In this document: positions 49,052 to 61,146 of the stretch, one piece after another
How the letters are laid out: each line of letters begins with the position of its first letter
How positions within the stretch are numbered: position 1 is the stretch's first letter
From: Chrysomallon squamiferum
Taxonomy: Eukaryota > Animalia > Mollusca
Reading direction: 5' to 3'
NCBI GenBank assembly: GCA_012295275.1
Contig: CM022677.1
Coordinates: 3,534,001-3,598,000 of the forward strand
Length of the DNA stretch: 64,000 bases
The notes under the pieces: model-generated
Database searches by the model: none
Seen by the model: the letters and a program-made list of their open reading frames with translations, nothing else
What the model was told of the DNA's origin: nothing
Position numbers and translations under genes: made by a program

Positions 49052-49520
49052 TTATTATTTTTATTTTATTTTAGAAACAAAACTTTGGCCCTTTTTGACA
49101 CATTTGAAACCAAAATTTAGAAAATCAAATTGTAGAACTAAATTTTGATTGCTGTGCATATTGACACATTAAAGATAATGTGGAGATTAAAAGTGAAATT
49201 TAGACATAGGACCTGAGTACATGTAATTTTCAGAGCCAAATCTGATAGCACAGTATTTCTATTATGTTCTTGATCTTTTTTTTTTTTTTTTTTTTTTATC
49301 CAATTACAGCAGGAGTAATGTTTATTGATAGTATTCGATGACAAGCTTATTTCCCTGTTTCAGATCTCACGCTGGCAGCTGTTGTCTGTTCTGCTACAGA
49401 CGTACAGGTCAGTAGCAGTGAAATGATTCAAAGACAACGTACACAGCTCAGTGTAATATTATACACAACACGTTTCTCTGTATTCTCAAACCTGTGCTCA
49501 AAATTGGAAAAATGTTGGTT
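44841..49520 (+). pseudogene. MARS1: Cytoplasmic methionyl-tRNA synthetase remnant
   Basis: Exons 46367-46484 ([35 protein letters not shown]; HLGN motif changed to HHGN), 46979-47132 (CSKCGY..RGHQCDVC/LINAVEMK...HQLFLGLPK, frameshifted) and 47850-~48000 ([24 protein letters not shown]). Weaker N-terminal (44841, 45581) and C-terminal (49364, LLSVLLQTY) exons also occur. Confidence 0.88.
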
Positions 49521-50784
49521 CATGAACTAAACTGTTACTGTCAAGGCAGTGGTACGTTGCTGGATCTCAAGTGACAGTCAGCCACTACTCAGAGTGAAGA
49601 TTTTAATATTATCAACAAAAGTGAAAAAAAAAAAAAAGAAAAATTAGAGAACATTTAAATAAAATAAGTGTGACTCTTTGAAAACTAATGTAACATTTTG
49701 TATACCAAAGTGAAGTATATGCAGTTGATACTGAATACAGATTTTAATGGAAAGAAGCTGTTAGCAAAGTCAGTGACATTTATAAAGTATTAAATACAGA
49801 TTAAGACATGAGTGTTGGATATAAATCTGCTAGACAAAAATAATTGTCTTATGTTAAAGAAGAACAAGAATAATATATATATATATATATTTGTTCTCTG
49901 AAGTTTTGAGAATTTTGGGTATATAAAGACAATATTAGAAGAAATAATTGTTTTCACATACAAGTTTATTTTGTAGAAGAAAAAATATATATATATTTCT
50001 AATAAAGTTCAAATATCTTTTAAAACCATTATAAGAAAATACAGTTTGTAAATTCGATTTTGCAATTCAAAGTATTTCTTACTATTTTTAATGACTATTT
50101 GCAATATTGAGATATACAGAACTAGTTTGTTTTATGACATCACCACAGACTTCCAATTAAATTTCTATTCAGTGTTAAATAGTAGGTGTTTGTAACAAAT
50201 ATTTTTCACTAGAAAATGTTTTCTCTCAACAGAAAATGTTCTGTTAGATGTAGCTTCTCACAGGTAGGAGCATCCACGCAGACTTAGTCTCTGACCTTTA
50301 GTTCAGATTATTCAGCTGCAAATGATGAGGCTTAAGCCAGCTGTCTGTGATTTAGTTATACAGGTTGAAGTTACATTCAAAAGAACAGAGGTATACAATA
50401 CATGCATGTAACAACTTGTACAAAAAAGATGTAAAAATGAGAATCAATGTCATCACTTCTTGTTCTACTCTTTCCAGTTAGCAGCAAAGGATTATTGATG
50501 CATAGACAGGGGAATATATACAATGGCCATTTTTATATCAGCCAACTAATTATAATAGCCAACTAATTTACTGAATATATATTTTCACAACAGCTAACTC
50601 TTTTGCAGTTCATAATAAGCTATACAACAGTTATTTCCTTTGATCCTATATTCGTTTATTCATTTATTCTTAGATTTTACAGCTGTTAACAGATGAAAAA
50701 TTTATATTTACAATACTACTCTCTGTACTAATCCTTTCATTCATAATTTTAGGGTTTTATCTTCTTAAGAAGAACCTTCCATCA

Positions 50785-50844
<60 letters not shown>

Positions 50845-53800
50845 AAACATATAAATCCCCGAGAACAATATTATATGTACCTGAACCAGTCAATGACATG
50901 TTAATCAAAATTAATTTCATTACTCAGTATGTAATTTCATTAAATTAATATTAAATCACACACACTCCAGTTAAACACTGACAGACGAATTTAATCAAGA
51001 CTGGGATTGTATCTCTCTTCATACACTGGTTATCTTAACTGCTCTTTCAGTAGACCTTGTAATACAGGATTAAAACTTGTACATGTTTTGATAAAACAAT
51101 AGTTACAGGTTGCCTAAGTTGCTCTAGAATTACCCGTTAGGCTTTATTATACGAAATAATCATTATATTACAAAAGTGAAGACTAGATTTTGACAGATTA
51201 CCAGAAACATAATCTAATTAATAGTGGTATTACTAAAATAATAGTGGTTTGTCACAAGAAATAACATCATGGTTAAGTAAAAAAGAAAAGTAAAAATATT
51301 GCTACCTACGTCGTTCTGAATGATACAGTTGTTCAATGAGTAAGCTTTCCTAGTACATCCATAGCTTTCATTTATCAAGTAACTTAGACAGGCAGATCAG
51401 TTTAAACTGTAATGGGTAACATAAAAAAAAAAAAAAATCTATGTGACTGATTACTATAATTTTTTTTTTCAGAAGTTAGGGTCTTTGAATGTAATTTTAA
51501 GTTTTATAATCATGTCCAGTTTTGTTCACTAACAAATTACTTTTTTCTTTTTAATTTTTAGAAACGATTTGAAATAAAGTATAGAAATACTTTTTCTATC
51601 AATGAATTCTTTAAAATAATCACATATATTGTTACTTGTTTAAGGTGGATAATATTATTTCACGAACACTTTCTTTGGGTCGGGTGCTCTTGGTCCAGGG
51701 ACGAAATCAATGTAAATAAGTGGCAAGGGGAAATAACTCTTACGCACAAAAACATTATATCCGGCTAGTCGAAGATTTTTTTTAAACTTCAGTTGTAGTA
51801 GATAAATATATAGGAATCTGTAAAAGACTATGATTTACAGGACTTTCAAAAAACCAGAATTGTAGCATAAAATAATTTTGGGATGATTCATATTTCCTCT
51901 AACACAGATTTAAAGATTTGGATCAACGCGGACCAGGCCAGTTAGGATGCAATTAAGAAAGAAAAAAAAAAAAAAAATAAAATGAATTGATAACGTAAAG
52001 TACGAGCAGTAGAAGCAGATGCGCAAAAGAACGACCAAAAAAGAAAGCAGCGGAGTCACGGGAACAAAAGAGAACAGTGAAGATACAGGAACAAAAGAGA
52101 ACAGTGAAGATACAGGAACAAAAGAGAACAGTGACAGACACAGTGAACGAAAAATATCTGAGATGCAAAAGCAGACAAACAAAAGTGAACAGAAGATACA
52201 GGACAATGACAGACAGTGACGAGTATATCTGGAGATGCGCAGACAAGGTGAGATATACAATAATACAGTTCAGTGTAACACATTTTGAAATCCCAGTAAC
52301 TAGTATTCAAAATACTATTAACAGGTTTGAAAAATTGTGTCGCAGTGTACTGAAACAAAGACCGTCGAGGTTCAGTGTTAGAAATCAACACAGTGTCAGA
52401 TTCCTTTGGGAAGGAAATGATGGAAAAGGGAAAATACTAATGACACGAGAAAGCGTTTGAAGAAAGATTTTAGATACAGCTATAGCTGAGCTAACTGGTA
52501 ACACGCTTTTTTAAATTCATGCGTTTTAATTTTGTGTGTTTTATATATAGCATCGTTCGTACAGCTTTTAGAAACTTATGGAAATTCGAGCACACAATTA
52601 CAGTGACTATTACTATACAGGACCTGGTCTTCATACAAATAGTTCCCAGTTTCAATAACACTTTAAACTTCTAGAATATAAAACATATTCACTTTTATTA
52701 TACAATAAAACATGTGTGTCAGAACTATAGGAAAAATCAAATTTCAGATATCTAATTCAATTTATTTAAGAAACATTGTGTTTGTTATACCTCATTGGAC
52801 ATATTGTGAGCTCAGTCAGTAGCTGTGTTACAGGAATATCAAATTTATACTATCTGTTTATTCTGTTGTGTTCTTCTCAAGTTTAATACTTTATAACTGA
52901 TGATATAATTATTGTTTTGTACTGATCATTTTTTGTTTCAAACACCTGCACTGTTGATTAATATAGAATAGTAATATTTATAAAATGAGTCACCATTTCT
53001 TTGTTTACATCCACACTATCAGATATATTTTCTTCTGCCATGACAAGTAAATTCTTTTAATTTTAGATTTGAGTCATTCGTTTTCAAGACAGATTATGAA
53101 AAGGAAACGGCAGCAGAAATCTGTTAATGAAAATCCAGATAAAAAGACAAAGCCTTTCATGTAAGTTTTAAAGCTATTTCTGTTTGAAGTAGTATATCAA
53201 ATCAAATTTAGAATATTAATGTCATATAATTTCCTAGCAGAGAATAGAATTTGCACCCATAGGTTTTATTATTATAAAAAATATTTAACAACACAGGTCT
53301 TAACTGTTAGGGATGATACTATTAATGGACTATATAAACCACTAAGTTGTGGCCTACAGACAGAACTAAATGTGTGACATAAACCATTGTAAGTAGACTA
53401 ATCCATAATAAGAGTGAATTTAGAAAATGCATAGACATTTACATCACAATTCTTGGTTCAAGGGCAGTAGGGTATTTACTAGGGGGTGTTACTATAAGTT
53501 GTCATTGGCAACATTAATCTTCTTTTTACAGACAGAACTAAAAGTCGCTGACATAAATCAGTACATGTAGACTAAGTGATAGTAGTGAATAGTCTTAGGA
53601 ACTGCAGAGACATTTGTGTCACAAAACTAAATTTTAGGGCAGAAGGGGTTTTACTGTGAGTTGTCATTGGTCTAATCCATAGTACAGAGTAGCTTATTTT
53701 ACTACCTGAAGAGATTACAACAGAACTCATTCTTACATAACATTAGTTTGACCCTGATATTGCAGTATCTTAATCTGTTCTGTTTTCAGCTATGTTGAAA

Positions 53801-55150
53801 GTGATTGGTCACTACTGCAGATGGAAGCTGTTGTAGATGATGTGTCTGATATGGCAAGTTTTTTCAAGGGGTGGGTGGTTTGTGTGTGTGTGTTTCGTGT
53901 TGTTTTTCTAATATATTTTAGGTTAGAATCTTGAAACTGTTTGACACATTAATTTGTGTAGGTAAAGTTCTTTCTCTTTATGTTCTTACATGTGTCAGTA
54001 ATTCAGTTAAACTTAGTTTGTGTGAATATTTCTCACTAATTGTTATAATAAAACTTCCAATTTACAATAAAGTATTATTTTTTCTATTTGTAACCTGGTT
54101 TCATCAGCAGATCATATGCACATTCTTAATATTTACATTTGTTTCTATGTTGTTGGGTTTCTTTTGTAGTTGTTGTTCTATATAAATATTATAATAACTT
54201 GTAATAATTCTCATATTTCTTCATTATACTTTTGCAGTGTATAAAAAGTGATAAAATCAGTTATTGAAATTCCTTATCCAGAGTTGAATTGTGATGTGAC
54301 ATTTGGATGACACACTAGAGGTATTTATATCAAACATTTATTTTTTTTTTTTTTTTTTTGGCTTTTATATAAGATCAGTGTTCATGTATGTTGCTGTGAT
54401 GGAAGATACTTTTTCGTAGATCCTGGGTTTAAAACAATACTGTAACAAAACATTTCAGACTGAGTCAGATGAGGATCAGACTTGTAAGGAGCAGCAAACA
54501 CACAAGGACAAAGTCTTGTTACACCACAACATGACAGCTCTGATGATTACAGTGATCATTTCTGATGGGAATGAGTGAAGAAGACATAATCTCGAGTAAG
54601 ATGCTGTGATGTTTCTTTTTTTACACACTCACACACATACACATAATTACATTCAGTTAAAAGCTACTTCAAGCTGTTTATTACATTTATAGGTCATATA
54701 TAATTTGAAATGTATTTGTCTGACACACATTTCTACTGTGAGTTCTTTTATTGAGATAAACATTTGTAGTCAACAGAAACCAGTAATGAACCAGTTACAT
54801 TTTTTGTTATAAATTCTCAGTTGTTTTCCTTCCTTTATGTTTGTTTGTGTTTCTTACAGTTACACTGATTTATTTATTGTTATAACTTCTCAGTTGTTTC
54901 CCTTCCTTTATGTTTGTTTGTGTTTCTTACATTTAAACTGATTTATTTATTGTTATAAATTCACAGTTGTCTCCCTTCCTTTGTGTTTGTTTGTGTTTCT
55001 TACATTAAACTGATTTATTTATTGTTATAAATTCTCAGTTGTTTCCCTTCCTTTATGTTTGTTTGTGTTTCTTACAGTTAAACTGATTTATTTATTGTTA
55101 TAAATTCACAGTTGTTTCCCTTCCTTTGTGTTTATTTATGCTTCTTACAT
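46660..55150. repeat. Further intronic minisatellites
   Basis: ~40-bp unit at 46660-46960, 59-bp x4 at 47570-47812, 27-bp x3 at 52060-52135 and ~69-bp x5 at 54810-55150. Confidence 0.8.
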
Positions 55151-55950
55151 TTAAAACAGAGATAATAACCAAAACATGGTGGTAAATGTTTCACGTATCA
55201 GCTGGTTAGGTTCTGTGATGGGACTCTACTTCTGCTGTAGTATTGTTTTTATATAATTAGGATCACAATAAATAAACAAATAAGTAATTTTTGTTTTACA
55301 AAATGATATAGTTCATGGTTACATTAAACATTGATAATGTTCAGATAAAGAATTCATTCATAGTTAAAGTGTCCTTTGATGATATAAAAACAATTTTCAT
55401 GTGTGTTTTTTTTTTTTATTTTTTTTTTTTTTTTTTTTGTTAGTACTAGTTGTTTTATTTGGGATACTCAGGCATGTTGGTATCAGGGGTAATGAAAAGT
55501 CAGTTTCTGCAGCCAAGTCTGCTTTATTTTTGCCTCGTGTCAAGTTTGGTGTGCCTAACAGTGATTTTAATCAGCAAATTCCCTGAATTCTGTACTTGCA
55601 ACTTACAGGTTTAACTCTGCTGTTTGGTTTCAGTGGGAAGAAGCCCAGGTAGACCAAGGCAAGACTTGACTGATGACAGTGAGACACTCGTCCACTTCTG
55701 AAAGTCTGGTGGAGTCACTAGCAGAACATCTGACTCCATTCTCAGTACATCTGTTCAGTGACAAGTGGAAGTCAGAAGAATATAAAACTGTCACTAGCAG
55801 GTGTCCAGCATTTCAGACACTCAGCCTCATGTTTTGTGTGTGGAGGATGCAGAGGAAACAGCTCATGTCTACACACAGACCACAGACCTTTCAGTGTCTG
55901 CACATTCATAAACCACACTTGATGACTCAGAAAGAACACTGGCCATAAGA
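53067..55950 (+). pseudogene. Degenerate multi-exon sequence ending in a transposase-like exon
   Basis: AG/GT-bounded blocks start at 53067, 53790, 54238, 54459 and ~55160. Exon 55634+ reads WEEAQVDQGKT*LMTVRH...ESLVESLAEHLTPFSVHLFSDKWKSEEY / HVLCVED, reminiscent of the F..H.F....Q...Y...DF.EN transposase-like family. Confidence 0.4.
55461..55585 (+). mobile_element. Non-LTR retrotransposon RNase H fragment
   Basis: RHVGIRGNEKSVSAAKSAL...VPNSDF matches the W.P.HVGI.GNE.AD.AAK RNase H motif. Confidence 0.8.
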
Positions 55951-56951
55951 TGTTTTAATTTAAAATAAGTAACTTCTGGATATATGTAATAAAATAATAA
56001 TACAAATACTGCAAATATTAACTAATTTGTAATTTATATATATATAATTGCATCACTGAGCATTGTGTTTAACAGAAATAAAGTATAAAGTAGTTAATTT
56101 TGGTTAATGGTTAGAGCTTTTTTTTTTAATATCCATATTTGAACAACAACAACAACAACAGAAAAAAACAAAGTTTCTGCCATGTTTCAAGAATGCCAGC
56201 AAAAAAACAAAAGGTTACCAACCATAAATATATGCATACATATTACATACATACAGACACAGAGAATGGGTTCACCTATTACGTGTATGAATCTCAGCAG
56301 TACAGACATTTCTTTCCTTACACGAACTGATACATAAACAGAAAATTTGTAAAGTAATTGATTTACTTAATTTCTATACTTTATTTACTTCTTTTTTTTT
56401 TTTTTTTTTTTTAAATATAGTAGTGTATAGTTATTAATTTAGTTAATTTGTATATTTTACTTTTGCCGTAAAGAAAATAATAATAAATAAAGAAGTTATT
56501 TATTTTATTATGAATTACTTTATAGTTTAAACATGCTAAATTACAAAATAAATTTTACTTTCAGACAAAATTCTGATTTACTTTTACTTTGGAAATATTC
56601 CCCCATGTTATCTATTCTTTTATTTTGTAAAGTAGTTTATTTCTAAGGAAGTTGTGATATTTAAAATATATTTCTACATACTCCAGTGTAATAAAACAAA
56701 ACTGCAATAAAATATTTACCTGATAAAAATTAAATTCTTCAGTCATTATTTCATTTATATATTAAAACTATTTACATTGTTTATTGATGTTCACCTGTCT
56801 ATATGTCTGTCTGTATGTGAAATATAATTAATGTGTATAATATCAGTGTAGTACAGTGGTGCAAGTGCACTCATCTATTCTACTTCATTTTCTTCTTTCT
56901 ATTCTGCCTGACATACTTTATAAAACTTTCTCTTTAGACATGGACACACAG

Positions 56952-56982
<31 letters not shown>

Positions 56983-57012
56983 AATAAATACATATGTACA
57001 TACACACTCAGA

Positions 57013-57059
<47 letters not shown>

Positions 57060-57131
57060 CAGACACATATATATATACACACATATATATACACACACAT
57101 ATATACACACACACACATATACACACACACA

Positions 57132-57181
<50 letters not shown>

Positions 57182-57221
57182 TCTTAAATAAATACATATA
57201 TACATACACACAGACATATAT

Positions 57222-57280
<59 letters not shown>

Positions 57281-57428
57281 TTTCTTAAATAAATACATAT
57301 ATACACACACACACATATATATACACATATATACACACACACACATTCACACAGATAATACATACAGACACACACATATATATTTTATATGTATATATGC
57401 ATACATGAACACAAACATACACAAACAT

Positions 57429-57575
57429 ATGGTAACATCGTCCGCCTTCGGAGTGCGGGCGAATGGGTGTCACGCGTTCAAGTCTCGTCAGTGGCATCTG
57501 ACGTGTTTGTGAGTCGTGATTTGTCCTACCAGTGCGTTCACGAATACTGTCTGTGTGCAGAGTCTGTTCAGCCGT
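57429..57575 (+). mobile_element. tRNA-derived SINE remnant
   Basis: tggtaacatcgtccgccttcggag...gcgttcaagtctcgtcagtggca has a partial A box and a B-box-like GTTCAAGTC, followed by a non-tRNA body. It is flanked by CA/TA microsatellites. Confidence 0.55.
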
Positions 57576-57725
57576 ACATACAACAGAGAATATTCAAAAT
57601 CCTAAACTATATACATATATGTATGTATATATGTATGTGTGTGTGTATAAATATATGTGTATGTATGTATATATATGTGTGTGTGTGTGTACTAATATAT
57701 AATTAACTAAATTAACTAAATTAAC

Positions 57726-57756
<31 letters not shown>

Positions 57757-58240
57757 TACATATTTACATATGTCCATAGACACACACATACAGATACACA
57801 AATTTCAAAGTTTTATTTAATTCTCTTCAAATAAAGCTACTAAACCTACTCCTAGATCTAAACGTAAACCTAAGCCTGACCCTAGCCCTAGATCTACCCC
57901 TAACCCCATCCTAACCCGAGCTATAAACTTGTTTGTTGCAATATGATAAAAATAAGGATTTATTGAAATACAATAAAAATGTATCCTAACACTGATCAAA
58001 AGAGTTTCATTTGAAAGGCCTTTTGATATAAGTAGATATTTAAATATAAATCTAACCAAGGAGGAAACTGCTAATCATAACCATAAATCTAATTTTTTTT
58101 TTTTTTTAAATAAACTGATATTTAAATTACCCCTAAACCTAACCTTTCCTATTATAAACCTGTAAACACTGTTATCAGAATGATAAGTAAGAATTGTCAT
58201 CTAAGTAAAACAGCTAAAGAACGTTCCACCCTTCTCGTTC

Positions 58241-58830
58241 AAATCAGCTTTGTGACAAAGACTGTGGAGTGTACAGTTCTCTACTTAACTGTGTGTTCAA
58301 CACCATAACTTTAATAGTTATAATGATAAACATTTATATCTCACTGAAATCAGCTTTGTGACAAAGACTGTGGAGTGTACAGTTCTCTACTTAACTGTGT
58401 GTTCAACACCATAACTTTAATAGTTATAATGATAAACATTTATATCTCATTGAAATCAGCTTTGTGACAAAGACTGTGGAGTGTACAGTTCTGTACTTAA
58501 CTGTGTGTTCAACACCATAACTTTAATAGTTATAATGATAAACATTTATATCTCATTGAAATCAGCTTTGTGACAAAGACTGTGGAGTGAACAGTTCTGT
58601 ACTTAACTGTGTGTTCAACACCATAAAAATAGTTATGTAAACATTTAATCTCATTGAAATCAGCTGTGTGACAAAGACTGTGGAGTGAACAACACTTAAC
58701 TGTGTGTTCAACACCATAACTTTAATAGTTATAATGATAAACATTTATATCTCATTGAAATCAGCTTTGTGACAAAGACTGTGGAGTGAACAGTTCTGTA
58801 CTTAACTGTGTGTTCAACACCATAAAACTG
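58241..58830. repeat. ~106-bp minisatellite x~5.6
   Basis: Unit aaatcagctttgtgacaaagactgtggagtgtacagttct...cattg. Confidence 0.9.
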
Positions 58831-60079
58831 TAAACATGGAGAGTGCAGGGTTGTTACAAGTAACATTTCCTTCATGCAACTCGTTCAGTGTAAAACACAC
58901 ACTTAAATTATTCCCAGCTGATCTAAAGGAGAGGATTATATTTGCTGTTGTTTGTTTGTCTTTTTATTTATTTATTTATTTTCATTATTTTGTTGTTGTT
59001 ATTATGTACTTATAACTACATATACCACGTTTTTTGAGCTAGTCTAATATTTCTCCACCTATATAACATATAACATTGTTTTTTAGATTAATGTACTTAA
59101 TATTATTATCAATCTAAAATAATTCAAAATTATATGTTTTAGAGATTTCTATATGGTTTAGTTTCTAACTTGGTAACTAAAATACTTTTAAAAAATAAAG
59201 TGTTTTATATATAATCTGTAGTTATGAATATTCATTATGCATCCATTATGGATGCAAATAGTATGACAGTGAAATGAAACTTCAGATCTGAATCAATACA
59301 CTTTACTTTTACACAAGTTTTACTTTGAAATTTTCTCTTCTTTAACATTTAGCACTATAGAACATAAATTCATCATGAAAGACAACTGGAAAATTCCATA
59401 GTTATAAAACACATTACTTTTTATTTAAATAAATAAGTCATTTATAATTAAGAAGCAAAATAGAGTTACACATTTTTATAGGATTAAATCAGTTTTGAAT
59501 CCATAAAAAAAATAAAAATAAAAGGACAAGCTTTGATGCAGCCTAATTAATCATGTTGAAAATAATCATAACAGAACTTGCAGCTACATCTGACAAACAG
59601 TGATTTGAAACATCATGGGCTCATCGTAGATTTCATTTCACATCCTCTGAATTAAAGATCTGAGTGCTCTGAAAATGATTAATTATTTTAAGCTTATCAT
59701 TTCTTGATATATACAAGAATTTAAATAAATAAACATATTTTTAAATTAGCTTTTAAAGAAGAAAAAAAAGCATCTTTGTATTGGGATATTTAAATTAACA
59801 TTTTCCCACTGGCATATTTCTATTATAAAGTTGAAATCATCTCATATAAACTATCATGCTCTAGTCAGCATATTTAAAATAGCATATTTCATTACCATAT
59901 TTAAAATCAGCATACTTGAATTTAAAGTATCTTTAAAAATGCAGATTAAACCTGAATTGAAACAAGGTATTGTGAAACATTTGTCATTTAGATTTGTAAC
60001 AAAGACAACGATGTAAAGAGTCAACTGCTGCTGCAGCTGCTGATGATGTCAGGATGATGGTGATGTGTGTTTTGATATC

Positions 60080-61099
60080 TACATCTTCCTAATACACTTT
60101 CTTTGATGTTGCTGTGGTTTCCCAGTCTTCCAGAGAGAATTATTAATAACAACAGCATCAATGGACACAGATAAATGTTTGGTTGATGTCAGTGAAACTT
60201 TTAGCCACATAATTATATCTGTGAGAAAAACAAAATAATATTAATTAATATATTACATGACAATTAATAAATAAAACAATAACTCATTAGTATTAAATAA
60301 TTCCTTATCACAGAAACATTCTTAAATTCTTTTTGAAATATTTTAATCTTAAGAGTTAATTTATAAATTACAAAAACAAAATAAGAAAAAAAAATAATAA
60401 TAAGAAAAGAAATTGAATTTAAAGTATAAGAAATTATATAGTGATACATTTTATATTGTCACTGTTATCCACTGAAGTTTATTGATTAACGTCTTGTTAT
60501 AGGCTATACCCTTTTTTTCACTGACATGCACAAATATTTAAATCTTGTCAAAAACACCTACATTTCACTTGGTCAGTATTGATATTGACCAAAAATGTTT
60601 TCATTTTATATTAAAAAAATAATAATAAATAACTAACTAGTAAAAAAACATCATTTGCAAAAACATTTATTTTACATTATATTAATGAGTTGCATGTTGA
60701 TGAATGTACAAATTTATAAAGATGAAGACAGATTTAAAATAACATAAAAATACACTTTCTTATCAAGACTCTGTATTTGTGGTAATATTTAGTATGAAAT
60801 AAAAAATATTAAATATGTACTTGCTTATAAAACCCATAAATCATTTCATTGATATAAAAATGTGTAAAAAACTAACCAAAACTATTTATAAAATATTAAA
60901 TATGTACTTACTTATAAAACCTATGAATCATTTTACTGGGTATTTCTTCAGGTCCTACACAACAAATTTAGATAATTCATCAGTTTCTGGTGTGAAAGAA
61001 GACAAAGCTTTGTGCTGACATCCTCCGTCACAGAACAGAATTACAAAGTGTTTAACATCAGACTCAGCCAGCTCCTAGATAAACAAACAAACAAGCAAA

Positions 61100-61146
<47 letters not shown>

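Noticed and set aside
51640-52460. Possible DNA transposon end and HTH-like ORF (THFEIPVTSIQNTINRF)
   Set aside because: No matching TIR or catalytic motif was found, and much of the ORF comes from a 27-bp repeat.
57429-57500. tRNA gene
   Set aside because: There is no complete acceptor stem or cloverleaf, and it continues into a SINE-like body.
57838-57920. Telomere-like (CCTAAC/CCCTAA) tract
   Set aside because: It is short and highly degenerate, and such motifs are common inside interspersed repeats.
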